Positions 40,089 to 49,811 are shown, counted from the stretch's first letter. The stretch is DNA of 64,000 nt from Pseudomonadota bacterium (GCA_031416315.1 JANOTL010000153.1:1-64000); one strand, 5' to 3'. Notes: generated from the sequence alone by a model not told the origin. Numbers and translations: made by a program.

Positions 40089-40921
40089 CCCTTTCTGCTC
40101 CTCAAGTTTCGCAGTCGAGAGATCGAGTCTGGGTCATGGCGGTGCTCAATCTGACGCCAGACTCGTTCTCCGACGGCGGCCGGTTTCTGGAACCCTCCGC
40201 TGCGCTAGCGCACGCTAAATCCTTGCTCCAAGACGGCGCCGACGTCCTAGACCTCGGCGCCGAGTCCACCCGCCCCGGCTCCACCCCCGTTTCCCTGTCC
40301 GAAGAAAGAAATCGTCTCCTCCCGGTGCTCGCGATCTTGCGAGACCAGCTCCCCCGGGCGATCCTGAGCGTCGACACTCGCAAACCGGAGTTGATGCTCG
40401 AGGCCGCCGCCGCCGGCGCCCATATCGTGAACGACGTCGAAGCGCGCCGCGATCCGCACCTCCTCCGCCAGCTCTTGGCCATGAATCCCGAACTCCAGTA
40501 CGTAGCGATGCACATGCACGGCACTCCCGAAACGATGCAAAAAAATCCGCTCGCCGGCGCCGCCGCCGTCGGCGCGGTCGCGGCGTTTTTCGCCGAAGAG
40601 CACGCGCGTCTCGTCGCCGCCGGCTTCGCGCCGGAGCGGATCTGGCTCGACCCGGGCGTGGGCTTCGGCAAGGACGATGCCGGCAACGCGCATCTGCTAC
40701 GGGCGACTGCGCGTTTCGCGCAGCAGTACAACGTCGCCGTAGGCATTTCTCGAAAAGGCTTCCTCGGCCGCGCCCTCGACCTGCCGACACCTCGAGAAAG
40801 AGATACGGCGAGCAAAACCCTGGAATTCGGCCTAGCCTGCGCCGGCGCCCGCATGCTCCGCACGCACGAGCCCAAACGCCTCCGCCGCCTGCTCGATGCC
40901 GCCGGCATGGGGGGCCGCTGA
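40085..40921 (+). CDS. folP: Dihydropteroate synthase
   Basis: LNLTPDSFSDGG, GAESTRPG, DPGVGFGK, SRK, LRTHE. Confidence 0.95.
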
Positions 40922-41751
40922 TGCTTGAAATCTTCGGTCAGTTCGGCGGCTGGGCGATCGTCGACATCCTGCTGATCGCCTTCATCATCTATCACCTGCT
41001 TCTGCTGATCCGCGGCACGCGCGCAGCGCAGATGCTCACCGGCATCCTGATCGTCGTCGCCGCCTACCTCCTGTCCTCGATCGTGCCGCTGACGACCTTG
41101 AACTGGGTGATGAACAAGTTCTACTCGTCGTTCATCATCATCATCATCATCCTGTTCCAGGACGACATCCGCCACGTGCTGTCGCGCATGGGGAAAAAGT
41201 CGTTCATTCCGGGAACGGACAACCTCTCGTCCTCGCAAATTCTCGACGAGATCTCGCGTGCCGCCGCGGTGCTCGCGTCGAAGCGCATCGGCGCCCTCGT
41301 CGTCCTCGAGCGCAACATCATCCTCTCTCGCTACGTCGAGGTCGGGGTCCTCCTCGACGCCCGCGTCTCGAAGGAGATCATCGTGTCCGTCTTCCACCCG
41401 AGCTCGCCCATCCACGACGGCGCCTGCATCATCCAGCGCGGCCGCATCGCCGCCGCCGGCTGCTTCCTGCCGCTGACGCGCGACGAGAACCTGGACCCGA
41501 ACTACGGCACGCGCCACCGCGCCGCCATCGGCATCTCGCAGGAGACAGACGCCATCGTCGTCCTCGTGTCCGAGGAGGGTGCCTCGATCTCGCTCGTCGT
41601 CGACGGCAAGGTCTCGCGCAAGATGGACCCGAAAGACCTGCGCAAATCGCTCAACGAGCTGCTCACCGAGGAAGAGGAGGAGGCGAGCGGCCAGCCGCCG
41701 AAATCCAGCTCCGACTGGCTCAAGCTTTTCCGTCCCGGAGGTAAGGGATGA
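40921..41751 (+). CDS. cdaA: Diadenylate cyclase CdaA
   Basis: Three N-terminal TM helices; HDGA and GTRHRAA motifs; VSEE. Confidence 0.95.
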   Translation: MLEIFGQFGGWAIVDILLIAFIIYHLLLLIRGTRAAQMLTGILIVVAAYLLSSIVPLTTLNWVMNKFYSSFIIIIIILFQDDIRHVLSRMGKKSFIPGTDNLSSSQILDEISRAAAVLASKRIGALVVLERNIILSRYVEVGVLLDARVSKEIIVSVFHPSSPIHDGACIIQRGRIAAAGCFLPLTRDENLDPNYGTRHRAAIGISQETDAIVVLVSEEGASISLVVDGKVSRKMDPKDLRKSLNELLTEEEEEASGQPPKSSSDWLKLFRPGGKG

Positions 41752-42686
41752 AGGGCACGAGCGTCGTCTCCGCGGTGTTCCGCAACTTGCCGTACAAGCT
41801 CTCGGCCGTCGTGCTCGCGTGCCTCTTTTGGTACATCGTGCAAGGCGAGGAGATCCTCGAGATCAACCGCCGCATCGCGGTGAACATCAAAGTCCCCGAA
41901 GGCTTCCTGCTGAAAGGCCCGGAGATCCGCTTCAAGGACGCGACGCTGCGCGGCTCGCGCGTCCTCCTCGCCGACTTTTCGACGCGCCCCCTCGAGGCGA
42001 CCCTGAAGATTCAGGAAGGCAAAAGCGGCCAGCTCCGCTTCCGGATCGACAAGGAATACATCAAGGGCTGGGACAACCGGATCAAGCTCACCGTGCACGA
42101 TCCGTATTTGACCGTGTTCGTCGACGAGAAGATGAACAAGAAGGTGCTCGTCAAAGAGTTCCTGAAGGGCGCCCCTTCCGACGGCTACAACATCGAGAAG
42201 ATCAGCATCAAGCCGAACACGGTGACCATCACCGGCTTGAAGAGCGACATCGCCAAGATCGAGGAAGTGCAAACCGAGCCGATCGACATCTCCGACCTCC
42301 AGGGGTCGAAGACCTTCGAGGCCAAGCTCGTCGCCAAGGACATCCCCGAGAGCGGCCTGTCGATCGACAAGGTTTCGGTCAGCCTCCTCGTCGGCGAGAA
42401 GAAGGTGAACAAGCGCTTCGGCTCGGTCCCCGTCGAGGTCGTCGGCAGCGAGTTCCTGACCGCCGTGAAGCCCCGCTACGTCTCGATCGTCATTCAGGGC
42501 ACGCCCGGGGTCCTGAACTTCGTGAAGCGGAGTGACCTCGAGGCCTTCGTCGAGGCCCGGGAGCTCGAGCCCGGGAAGAAACATAGCCGCGCGATCCAGG
42601 TGAAGATCCCGCCGGAGACGGTCCTGATCGAGACCTTCCCACAAACTGCGACGGTCGAGATTTACAACCAGAAGCGCCTGAATTAG
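41748..42686 (+). CDS. cdaR: YbbR-domain CdaA regulator
   Basis: N-terminal TM helix, P..VTITG YbbR repeats, position between cdaA and glmM. Confidence 0.88.
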   Translation: MKGTSVVSAVFRNLPYKLSAVVLACLFWYIVQGEEILEINRRIAVNIKVPEGFLLKGPEIRFKDATLRGSRVLLADFSTRPLEATLKIQEGKSGQLRFRIDKEYIKGWDNRIKLTVHDPYLTVFVDEKMNKKVLVKEFLKGAPSDGYNIEKISIKPNTVTITGLKSDIAKIEEVQTEPIDISDLQGSKTFEAKLVAKDIPESGLSIDKVSVSLLVGEKKVNKRFGSVPVEVVGSEFLTAVKPRYVSIVIQGTPGVLNFVKRSDLEAFVEARELEPGKKHSRAIQVKIPPETVLIETFPQTATVEIYNQKRLN

Positions 42687-42713
42687 GTTCGCAGGCCTAG
42701 AAGAGGCGCCCTG

Positions 42714-44087
42714 ATGAAGAAGCTATTCGGTACCGACGGCATCCGCGGCCTAGCCAACGTCTACCCCATGTCGCCTGACCTCGTGTTGCGACTGGGCCAG
42801 GCGATCGGCGTCTTTTTCAAAGAAAAGCTGGCCCACCCGCGCATTCTGATCGGCAAGGACACGCGCCGTTCCGGCTACATGCTGGAGCAGGCTCTGGCCT
42901 CCGGCATCTGCAGCGTCGGCGTCGACGCCTACTTCCTCGGGCCGCTCCCGACCCCGGGCATCGCCTATCTGACGCGCGGCATGCGCGCCTCGGCGGGCAT
43001 CGTCATCTCCGCATCGCACAATCCGTTCGAGGACAACGGCATCAAGATCTTCAGCGCCACCGGCTACAAGCTCCCCGACGAGTCGGAGGAGAAGCTCGAG
43101 GCCCTGATCGCCAGCGAGACCTTGGCGCACTCCCTCCCGACCGGCACCAAGATCGGCCGCGCCAAGCGCATCGACGACGCCATCGGCCAGTATGCCGTCT
43201 TCCTCAAAGAGCAGTTCCCCAAGCATTTGACGCTCGACGGCCTGCGAATCGTCCTCGACTGCGCCCACGGCGCTGCATACAAGGTCGCGCCAAAGGTCTT
43301 CACCGAGCTCGGCGCGGACGTCTTTTTGATCGGCGTCGAGCCCAACGGCTCCAACATCAACGACCAATGCGGCGCCCTGCACCCGGGCCGCTTGATCGAG
43401 GACGTGAAGCTCTATAAGGCCGACCTCGGCATCGCCCTCGACGGCGACGCCGACCGCCTCGTGGTCGTCGACCACAAGGGCGAGATCGTCGACGGCGACG
43501 AGATCCTCGCGATCTGCGGCACCCGGATGATGAAGCAGGGCCGCCTGAAGAAGGCGACCCTCGTCTCCACCGTCATGAGCAACATGGGCCTCGACCTCGC
43601 CATGGAGCGCGCCGGCGGCAAGCTCGTTCGGGCGAAGGTCGGCGATCGCTACGTCATGGAGGAAATGCTGAAAGGCGACTTCAACCTCGGCGGCGAGCAG
43701 TCCGGCCACCTGATCTTCCGCGACAGCGCCACGACCGGCGACGGCATCCTCGCCGCCCTCCACGTCCTGACGATCATGATCGAGGAAGGGAAGCCCGTCG
43801 CGGAGCTGAAGAAGTGCATGACGCGCCTGCCGCAGGTCCTGAAGAACATCTCCGTGAAATCGAAAGTGCCGCTCGAGCAGCTCCCCGACCTCCAGGAAGC
43901 CATCGCCAAGCTGGAGGCCAAGCTCGGCAAGGAGGGCCGCATCCTCTTCCGTTACTCCGGCACCGAGAACGTCGCGCGCGTGATGATCGAAGGCCCGGAC
44001 GCCGACACGATCGACGAGATGGCCGAAGGCCTTTGCGCGGTCGCCACGAAGGCGATCGCCAAACATCAGGGCGGGACGCGCCCATGA
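42714..44087 (+). CDS. glmM: Phosphoglucosamine mutase
   Basis: FGTDGIRG, SASHNP, DGDADR, GGEQSGH. Confidence 0.97.
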   Translation: MKKLFGTDGIRGLANVYPMSPDLVLRLGQAIGVFFKEKLAHPRILIGKDTRRSGYMLEQALASGICSVGVDAYFLGPLPTPGIAYLTRGMRASAGIVISASHNPFEDNGIKIFSATGYKLPDESEEKLEALIASETLAHSLPTGTKIGRAKRIDDAIGQYAVFLKEQFPKHLTLDGLRIVLDCAHGAAYKVAPKVFTELGADVFLIGVEPNGSNINDQCGALHPGRLIEDVKLYKADLGIALDGDADRLVVVDHKGEIVDGDEILAICGTRMMKQGRLKKATLVSTVMSNMGLDLAMERAGGKLVRAKVGDRYVMEEMLKGDFNLGGEQSGHLIFRDSATTGDGILAALHVLTIMIEEGKPVAELKKCMTRLPQVLKNISVKSKVPLEQLPDLQEAIAKLEAKLGKEGRILFRYSGTENVARVMIEGPDADTIDEMAEGLCAVATKAIAKHQGGTRP

Positions 44088-44839
44088 TCCGACTCGGAAT
44101 CAACGTCGACCATGTGGCGACCGTCCGGCAAGCCCGCGGCGAGACCTACCCCGATCCCGTACAGGCGGCCGTTTTTGCCGAGCTCGGCGGCGCCGACAAC
44201 ATCACCTGCCACCTCCGCGAGGACCGCCGCCACGTCAACGACCGCGACGTCCGCCTCCTGCGCGAGACCATCAAAGTTCCCCTGAACTTCGAGATGGCGA
44301 TCACGGAAGAGATGCTCGCCTTCGCCGTCGAGCTCAAACCGCACGCCGTCACGCTCGTTCCGGAAAAGCGCGAGGAGAGAACCACCGAGGGCGGCCTCGA
44401 CCTGACGCGGGCCCAGGACGAGAAGCGCCGCGCCATCTCCCGCCTGAAAGACCGCGGCATCGTCGTCTCGCTCTTCGTCGAGCCCGACGCCAAGGCCGTC
44501 GAGCTCGCCGCCACTCTCGGCGCCGATGCCGTCGAGTTTCATACCGGCACTTTCTGCAAGAAGGTCGACGCCGCCGCCAAAACTCAGGACAAGCTCGCGT
44601 TGACCCGGGAGCTTGCCAAGGCGGCGAAGCTCGCCGCCCAGGCGAAGCTCCAGGTCCATTTCGGCCACGGCCTCCATTACGCCAACGCCTCTTGGCTGCA
44701 GTTGATCCCCGAGGCCGAGGAAGCCAACATCGGCCACGCCGTCGTCGGCCGCGCCCTCTTCGTCGGCCTCGAGAAGGCCGTGCGCGAGATGAAAGGCCTC
44801 TTGACCGACCCGGCGCAAAAGCCTTGGCAGAGCTTGTGA
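44084..44839 (+). CDS. pdxJ: Pyridoxine 5'-phosphate synthase
   Basis: LGINVDHVATVRQAR, HLREDRRH, TTEGG, GHGL, NIGH. Confidence 0.96.
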   Translation: MIRLGINVDHVATVRQARGETYPDPVQAAVFAELGGADNITCHLREDRRHVNDRDVRLLRETIKVPLNFEMAITEEMLAFAVELKPHAVTLVPEKREERTTEGGLDLTRAQDEKRRAISRLKDRGIVVSLFVEPDAKAVELAATLGADAVEFHTGTFCKKVDAAAKTQDKLALTRELAKAAKLAAQAKLQVHFGHGLHYANASWLQLIPEAEEANIGHAVVGRALFVGLEKAVREMKGLLTDPAQKPWQSL

Positions 44840-45285
44840 GCGGGGAGGGGTGGTCGGAGGCTTTCGACGCCGAGGGCCTGCCTCGGCTCGCGGCGCGGAT
44901 CGCCGCTTCGCTGAGCGCCGCGTCGCCGCCCTTCTGCCTTTGGCTGATCGGGGACCTCGGCGCGGGCAAGACGACGCTCACGGGTCACATTTTCCGCGCG
45001 CTCGGCCTCGACGCGCGCATGCCCGTCACCTCGCCGACGTACACCTACGTGAACGAGTACAAGGTCGGCGATCATTGGTACGCTCACCTCGACCTCTACC
45101 GGGCGGGAGCTGCCTTCTCGCTCGAAGACCTCGGCCTGGTCGACGCCCGCCGCTACGCCGGTTTTTTCGTCGAGTGGCCAGGCGCCGTACCGCCCAGTCC
45201 GGCGATCACGCCGACCCATGAGCTGCATCTGATGTTCGGCGAGCAGGTGGATGACACGCGGCGGGCCGTTTTCTCGAAAAAATAG
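44836..45285 (+). CDS. tsaE: t6A biosynthesis ATPase TsaE
   Basis: GDLGAGKTT, VTSPTY, HLDLYR, VEW. Confidence 0.93.
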   Translation: MSGEGWSEAFDAEGLPRLAARIAASLSAASPPFCLWLIGDLGAGKTTLTGHIFRALGLDARMPVTSPTYTYVNEYKVGDHWYAHLDLYRAGAAFSLEDLGLVDARRYAGFFVEWPGAVPPSPAITPTHELHLMFGEQVDDTRRAVFSKK

Positions 45286-45290
45286 GCAAA

Positions 45291-45316
45291 GAAAAACCCC
45301 GGAGGTGGGCCCGGGG
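45291..45316 (-). terminator. Intrinsic terminator downstream of the LysM gene
   Basis: CCCCGG..CCGGGG stem followed by a U tract on the minus strand. Confidence 0.6.
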
Positions 45317-45383
45317 ATTGTAGCGAATTCTAAGGGACACTAGGGAGATGGACACGAGGCACTAGGATTGGGACACAGGGCAC

Positions 45384-46490
45384 TTAGTGCGCGGTCTTCT
45401 TCTTGGCGCCGACTGGCGCCTTCTTGGACTTGCTGCTCGTCTTCTTGCCCTTGAAGGCCGGGGCCTTCTTCTTCTTGGCCGGAGCCGGCTCGCCGTCATC
45501 GGCGACTTGTGCTTCTTCGACCGGGGCGGCTTCGACGGCCGCGGTGGCCTTAGGCGCGTTCGGGTTGAGAACGGAGAGGACCATACCGACTTCGATACGG
45601 TTCGGATCGGTGAGCTTGTCTTTGTTGCGGGTGTAGATGGCGCGCCAGGCGCCGGCGTTGCCGTAAATTTGCTGCGCGATACCCGAGAGGGTGTCGCCGT
45701 GCTTGACGGTGACCGACTGCTCGGCGCCGACAGAATTGGCGGCGAAGCTCTTCGAGGCGTCGTTCAACGCGTCGAACTGGAGCTCGTCGCCCGGGTAGAT
45801 CACGTAAGGAGCTTGAACGTTGTTCAGATTCGCGACCTTGTTCCAGAAACCACTCGAACCGTAGATCTTCTGTGCGATGTTCGCGAGGGTGTCACCCGCG
45901 ATCACGATGTAAGAGCCGCCAGTACCTTTTTGGGTCGCACCCATGGGGGTGTTGTTGGCCCAGTTCGCGTTGCCGGCTTTTTTCGAGTGGGTCGTCGTCG
46001 CGTCCGGCGCGATCGCGGTCACTTGGGGCGGCTCGACCGAGGTGGTGTCTTCGGCGACGACCTGGGTCATATCGCCGACGGGAGCATCCGTCAGGGTCTG
46101 GTCCGCTTCGCCTTCGTCGCTTTGCTCGGCGGGAAGCGCGGGAGCCTCGCCGTCCGTGCTGGCCTGATCGTCGCCGCTGGCGGCCTCGCCTTCTTCTGGC
46201 GGAGGCGCAGCCTCGTTCTCGCCGTCACCCGTGGCCGGCGCCTCGTCGGACGGAGGGGCCATGTCGCCTTCGATCGCTTTCGCGTCGTCAGAGACCTCGC
46301 CCGCTTCCCCGTCGACCGGTGCCGCCGCTTCGCCCGCTTCGCCCGCATCGCCTTCGGCTTTTACGGGTTCTTCTTGGCTCTGGTCGTCGGAGCATCCTCC
46401 GAGACCGAGGCCGAGGAAGAGCGAGAAGGTCCAAGCCTTCCAGCGTCCTCCCAATGCCTTACTCAAAAATGGACAGTAAGCCCTCGTCAT
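45384..46490 (-). CDS. Lipoprotein with an acidic linker, two LysM domains and a Lys-rich tail
   Basis: Lipobox LGGC; GDTLANIA..IYG and GDTLSGIA..IYG; AGGAGG RBS. Confidence 0.88.
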   Translation of the reverse strand: MTRAYCPFLSKALGGRWKAWTFSLFLGLGLGGCSDDQSQEEPVKAEGDAGEAGEAAAPVDGEAGEVSDDAKAIEGDMAPPSDEAPATGDGENEAAPPPEEGEAASGDDQASTDGEAPALPAEQSDEGEADQTLTDAPVGDMTQVVAEDTTSVEPPQVTAIAPDATTTHSKKAGNANWANNTPMGATQKGTGGSYIVIAGDTLANIAQKIYGSSGFWNKVANLNNVQAPYVIYPGDELQFDALNDASKSFAANSVGAEQSVTVKHGDTLSGIAQQIYGNAGAWRAIYTRNKDKLTDPNRIEVGMVLSVLNPNAPKATAAVEAAPVEEAQVADDGEPAPAKKKKAPAFKGKKTSSKSKKAPVGAKKKTAH

Positions 46491-46546
46491 CAACGTGTCC
46501 CTCCTAGTGCGCGAAATCATTCTCGCGAAAATACCGACTGCTCGTT

Positions 46547-46573
46547 CTTTCGGCCGCCGCGCGACGAACCTTA
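46547..46573 (-). promoter_or_regulatory. sigma28-like promoter of the LysM gene
   Basis: TAAG-N15-GCCGAAAG. Confidence 0.65.
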
Positions 46574-46665
46574 AGCCCGCGTAACTCGGTAGATTCTTCC
46601 TAGGCGCTAGACCTAGGCGCGAGAGGCCTTCCCTTGGGATCCTTGCGGATGCGCCAAAGTCGCCC

Positions 46666-46694
46666 TTGCTCTGGCCTGTCCCCTTGGATATACA
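46666..46694 (+). promoter_or_regulatory. sigma70-type promoter of tRNA-Arg
   Basis: TTGCTC-N17-TATACA. Confidence 0.55.
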
Positions 46695-46714
46695 GGCCGA
46701 GCCTTTTTCTGCAC

Positions 46715-46791
46715 GCACCTGTGGCTCAGCTGGATAGAGCACCAGACTACGAATCTGGGGGTCGGAGGTTCGAATCCTTCCAGGTGCGCCA
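46715..46791 (+). tRNA. tRNA-Arg(ACG)
   Basis: GCACCTGTGGCTCAGCTGGATAGAGCA-CCAGA-CTACGAA-TCTGG-GGGTCGGAGGTTCGAATCCTTCCAGGTGCGCCA. Confidence 0.97.
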
Positions 46792-46825
46792 TTCCTTTCC
46801 CACAGGGAAAGGAATCCTCCATCAA

Positions 46826-46871
46826 CTCATGCTATCGACTTCTTCAAACCTCGCCCTTCGGCGAGGTTTTT
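46826..46871 (+). repeat. Copy 1 of a ~46-bp direct repeat containing a terminator hairpin
   Basis: CTCATGCTATCGAC..AAACCTCGCC-CTTC-GGCGAGGTTTT; second copy at 48041. Confidence 0.7.
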
Positions 46872-46986
46872 AATTTGCCGACTCCGGCACTGTTTGACGC
46901 CTCGCTGGCGAGATACCCAGGATCTCGGCCGCCGCGGACCTGTCGCCGTTGGCTTTGATCCGCTGTGCGCTATGCCCCAAAGCAAC

Positions 46987-47946
46987 TTAAAGCTGAACCA
47001 CGACGTTCCCGCTCTTGTGCCCCGTTTCGGCGTGGTGGTGCGCGCGAACTATTTCGGCAAAGGGGTAAGTGCGATCGATCACCGGGCGAAAGGCACCTGT
47101 ATCGGCAAGGCCGGCGAGAAATTCCAAGTCATCGCGGCGCTCGGGTACCATGCCGGACAGTGCTCTTCCTCCCGTACTTAAGCCCCGCAGCATTTCTACA
47201 AGAGTGGCGGAAACCATTAAAAATTTTCCGCTGGGGGAGAGAAAGGGGCGGGCCTGCGCCCAGGTGATGGACTCTACGGTGTTAAAAATCAGATCGTAAC
47301 GGGTCGCTCCGACTAACCCCGGGCCGGTTGCCGAGTCAATGACGTGGCTGGCGCCCAACGACCGCACAAGACCGTGCGTGGCGCCACGGCATACGGCGGT
47401 AACTTCGGCGCCGAAGTGTTTGGCTAGTTGGACCGCCGCCGTGCCTACCGCTCCCGAGGCACCAATGACTAGCACCCGGTGCCCGCGCTGAATTTGACCC
47501 TTATCGCGAAGATAGTACAAGGCGGTGGTGCCGCCAAACGAGAGCGCGGCTGCCTCGGGGTAGCTAAGGCATTCGGGCTTGATAATGACCGCCGCGTTTT
47601 CGGGCAGGACGCGGTACTCCGCATGGCATCGCATTGCGGCTCCAGTAAAAGCGATTACGGAGTCTCCGATGCGGAAGCGCTTTACGTTTGCCCCGATCGC
47701 GATCACTTCACCCGAAAGCTGGGTCCCTAAAATACGCGCCCGCGGACCGGCAAACCCTAACGCAAGGCGAGCAATCGTTCTCAGGCCAGGCGGAATAATA
47801 AAGGCCCGCACGCGCCAGTCGGCCGCCGCCACGGTCGTGGCCACGATGCGCACTAGCAGTTCGCCCTTGCTTGCAACGGGCATAGGCACCTCAACAAGCT
47901 GTACCACCTCGGGCGGCCCATACCTTTCGCAAACAGCAGCTTTCAT
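46987..47946 (-). CDS. NAD(P)-dependent MDR-family oxidoreductase (quinone reductase-like)
   Basis: MKAAVCERYGPPEV, GASGAVGTAAVQLAK, VIDRTYPF, GNVVV. Confidence 0.9.
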   Translation of the reverse strand: MKAAVCERYGPPEVVQLVEVPMPVASKGELLVRIVATTVAAADWRVRAFIIPPGLRTIARLALGFAGPRARILGTQLSGEVIAIGANVKRFRIGDSVIAFTGAAMRCHAEYRVLPENAAVIIKPECLSYPEAAALSFGGTTALYYLRDKGQIQRGHRVLVIGASGAVGTAAVQLAKHFGAEVTAVCRGATHGLVRSLGASHVIDSATGPGLVGATRYDLIFNTVESITWAQARPFLSPSGKFLMVSATLVEMLRGLSTGGRALSGMVPERRDDLEFLAGLADTGAFRPVIDRTYPFAEIVRAHHHAETGHKSGNVVVQL

Positions 47947-48040
47947 CGTCACATTGTAACCTCCCAAAAGGGGCCCATCCGCGGCGTCCCGCGGAGACGA
48001 ATATAAGTCATGGAAGAGTTGCATGACGTGACAAACGAAC

Positions 48041-48087
48041 CTCATGCTTTCGACCCGCCAAAACCTCGCCCTCCTCGGCGAGGTTTT
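48041..48087 (+). repeat. Copy 2 of the direct repeat with hairpin
   Basis: CTCATGCTTTCGAC..AAACCTCGCC-CTCCTC-GGCGAGGTTTT. Confidence 0.7.
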
Positions 48088-48274
48088 GCATTTCCATCCT
48101 CGCAGATGGGCCAAAAACCGGCCCCGGTCCGGAAATTAGGCCACGCTTGACCCCGCCCGCCCGGAAATCACGGCGCAATCCAAGTCAACAAGCCGGTCCC
48201 TTGTTTGCAATTGCCCGCCCAGCAAGCCTCCTCGGGTTTGCTGCCCCCACCCCTTCCCTGCGAGGCCCCTACCC

Positions 48275-48763
48275 ATGCGTCACATCACGACCCTCCTGCT
48301 GACCGTCGCCGTCCTCTCCTCCTGTCAGCAGCCCTCCAACGCCGCGACCGTCGCTAACGCCGATGCTGCCGTCGAACCGAGCTCGGTTGCGATGACTCAG
48401 CCCCTGAACGGCATCATGCTCCGCGGCCCTGCGCTCGCCATGAACGGCGTGGTCGCCTCTGGCCGTGGCCTCTCGTTCGCCTTCGACACCAACAACTGGA
48501 ACGCAGGTAACAACTACCTCGTTACCGTGAGCCAAGAGCTCACGGCGGCCTCGTCGCAGCGCGCGCGCCTTTCGCTCTCCTGCGGCACGAAAGTCCTCGG
48601 CGAAGCCGCGGTGCCGGCACGGCAGTCGCGGACCTCGCTCCAAGTCCTCGTCGCGGCAGGCAGCTGTGGCGACGCGAAGATCAGTTACGGCTTGGACGGC
48701 GTTGCCCCGGATGCGATCGGCGAGCTCGTCCTCACGATCCTCGAGGTCAGCGCGCCGCTCTAA
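48275..48763 (+). CDS. Hypothetical lipoprotein (possible sigma54-like site at 48194-48209)
   Basis: Lipobox LSSC, GAGG RBS. Confidence 0.7.
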   Translation: MRHITTLLLTVAVLSSCQQPSNAATVANADAAVEPSSVAMTQPLNGIMLRGPALAMNGVVASGRGLSFAFDTNNWNAGNNYLVTVSQELTAASSQRARLSLSCGTKVLGEAAVPARQSRTSLQVLVAAGSCGDAKISYGLDGVAPDAIGELVLTILEVSAPL

Positions 48764-48769
48764 ATGCGG

Positions 48770-49471
48770 CTAGTCTCTCTGCGTCAAGAGCCGCAACACA
48801 TACCAGAACATCATCGCTACGGAGGCGAACAGCGACAGCGCGGCGCCAACGTAGCGACTCTCGTCGTAGTGATGAATCACGTTCGACGTGTCATAGAGGA
48901 TCGACGCACCGGCTAGGGCAACCATGGCGACCGAGAAATAGAAGCCTAGGTCGTAGCCAAAGATGAACGAGCCGACGATCGCCGCGAGGGCGATGCAGCC
49001 GCCCCAAATCATCACGCCCCGGAGGAACGAGAAGTCTTTCCGAAGGCCCCAGGCGATGCACGTCAAAACGCCAAAGCCGATGAGCGTGACGTACGCCGCC
49101 TTCTCGATGACGCCGCCTCCGGCCGCAGACTGCGCCATGTAGAGCATCGGCACGAAGATGATGGCGTCGAGGACGACATATGCGGCCAGAGCCAGATACT
49201 GAACGGCCTGAGATTCTGCCGTATGCGCGAATCGCGTCGCGAGCCAGCCGATCAGGACGAAGCCGCCCATCACGAGACCCCAGTGCGTGCTCAAGAGAGC
49301 TTGCGCGACGGTCTCCGCGAGGCCGCTCTGGAAGAGATACATCTCGATTCCGGTGAACGCGATGATCGCGCCGAGGAGATGCAAATAAGTCCGCGTCACG
49401 AAGGTCGCACGCGCATTGCCCGCGGTGATCGGCATGGCGCCGCGGCGGGTCGACTGGTCGTATGAGCTCAT
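48770..49471 (-). CDS. Bax inhibitor-1/YccA family membrane protein
   Basis: FVTRTY, KDFSFL, ILYDTSNV, AALSLF; about seven TM helices. Confidence 0.9.
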   Translation of the reverse strand: MSSYDQSTRRGAMPITAGNARATFVTRTYLHLLGAIIAFTGIEMYLFQSGLAETVAQALLSTHWGLVMGGFVLIGWLATRFAHTAESQAVQYLALAAYVVLDAIIFVPMLYMAQSAAGGGVIEKAAYVTLIGFGVLTCIAWGLRKDFSFLRGVMIWGGCIALAAIVGSFIFGYDLGFYFSVAMVALAGASILYDTSNVIHHYDESRYVGAALSLFASVAMMFWYVLRLLTQRD

Positions 49472-49544
49472 GCGGGGCACTCCAATTTGCAACCTGCGAT
49501 AATCATAGCAGTTCACCAGGACGTTCTGGGCACAATAGCGCCTC

Positions 49545-49697
49545 TAGCTAGTCTCTGGCGCGAAACGCGCCAGAGACTATCCTGAGGAGCAAAGCGACGA
49601 AGGATCTCGGCGATAACCAACTGATTCGATTGACGCGGTGAGATCCTTCGCTGCGCTCAGGATATTCTCTGGCGCGTTTCGCGCCAGAGACTAGCTA
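49545..49697. repeat. Nested palindromic REP/MITE-like element
   Basis: ~41-bp terminal inverted arms with one mismatch, each with an internal hairpin; inner CGAAGGATCTC/GAGATCCTTCG stem. Confidence 0.85.
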
Positions 49698-49777
49698 AAA
49701 GCAACTAGTCTTCGACACCGCCGAATCGCTCGATGCCCGACGACTGAATTCCCCGGGAATACGTGGGAAAAGTAGGT

Positions 49778-49804
49778 TCAGACAATGAGGCTTTCTGCCG
49801 AAAA
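49778..49804 (+). promoter_or_regulatory. sigma28-like promoter, probably leaderless
   Basis: TCAG-N15-GCCGAAAA, 7 nt before ATG 49812; no SD visible. Confidence 0.6.
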
Positions 49805-49811
49805 GTGAGCC

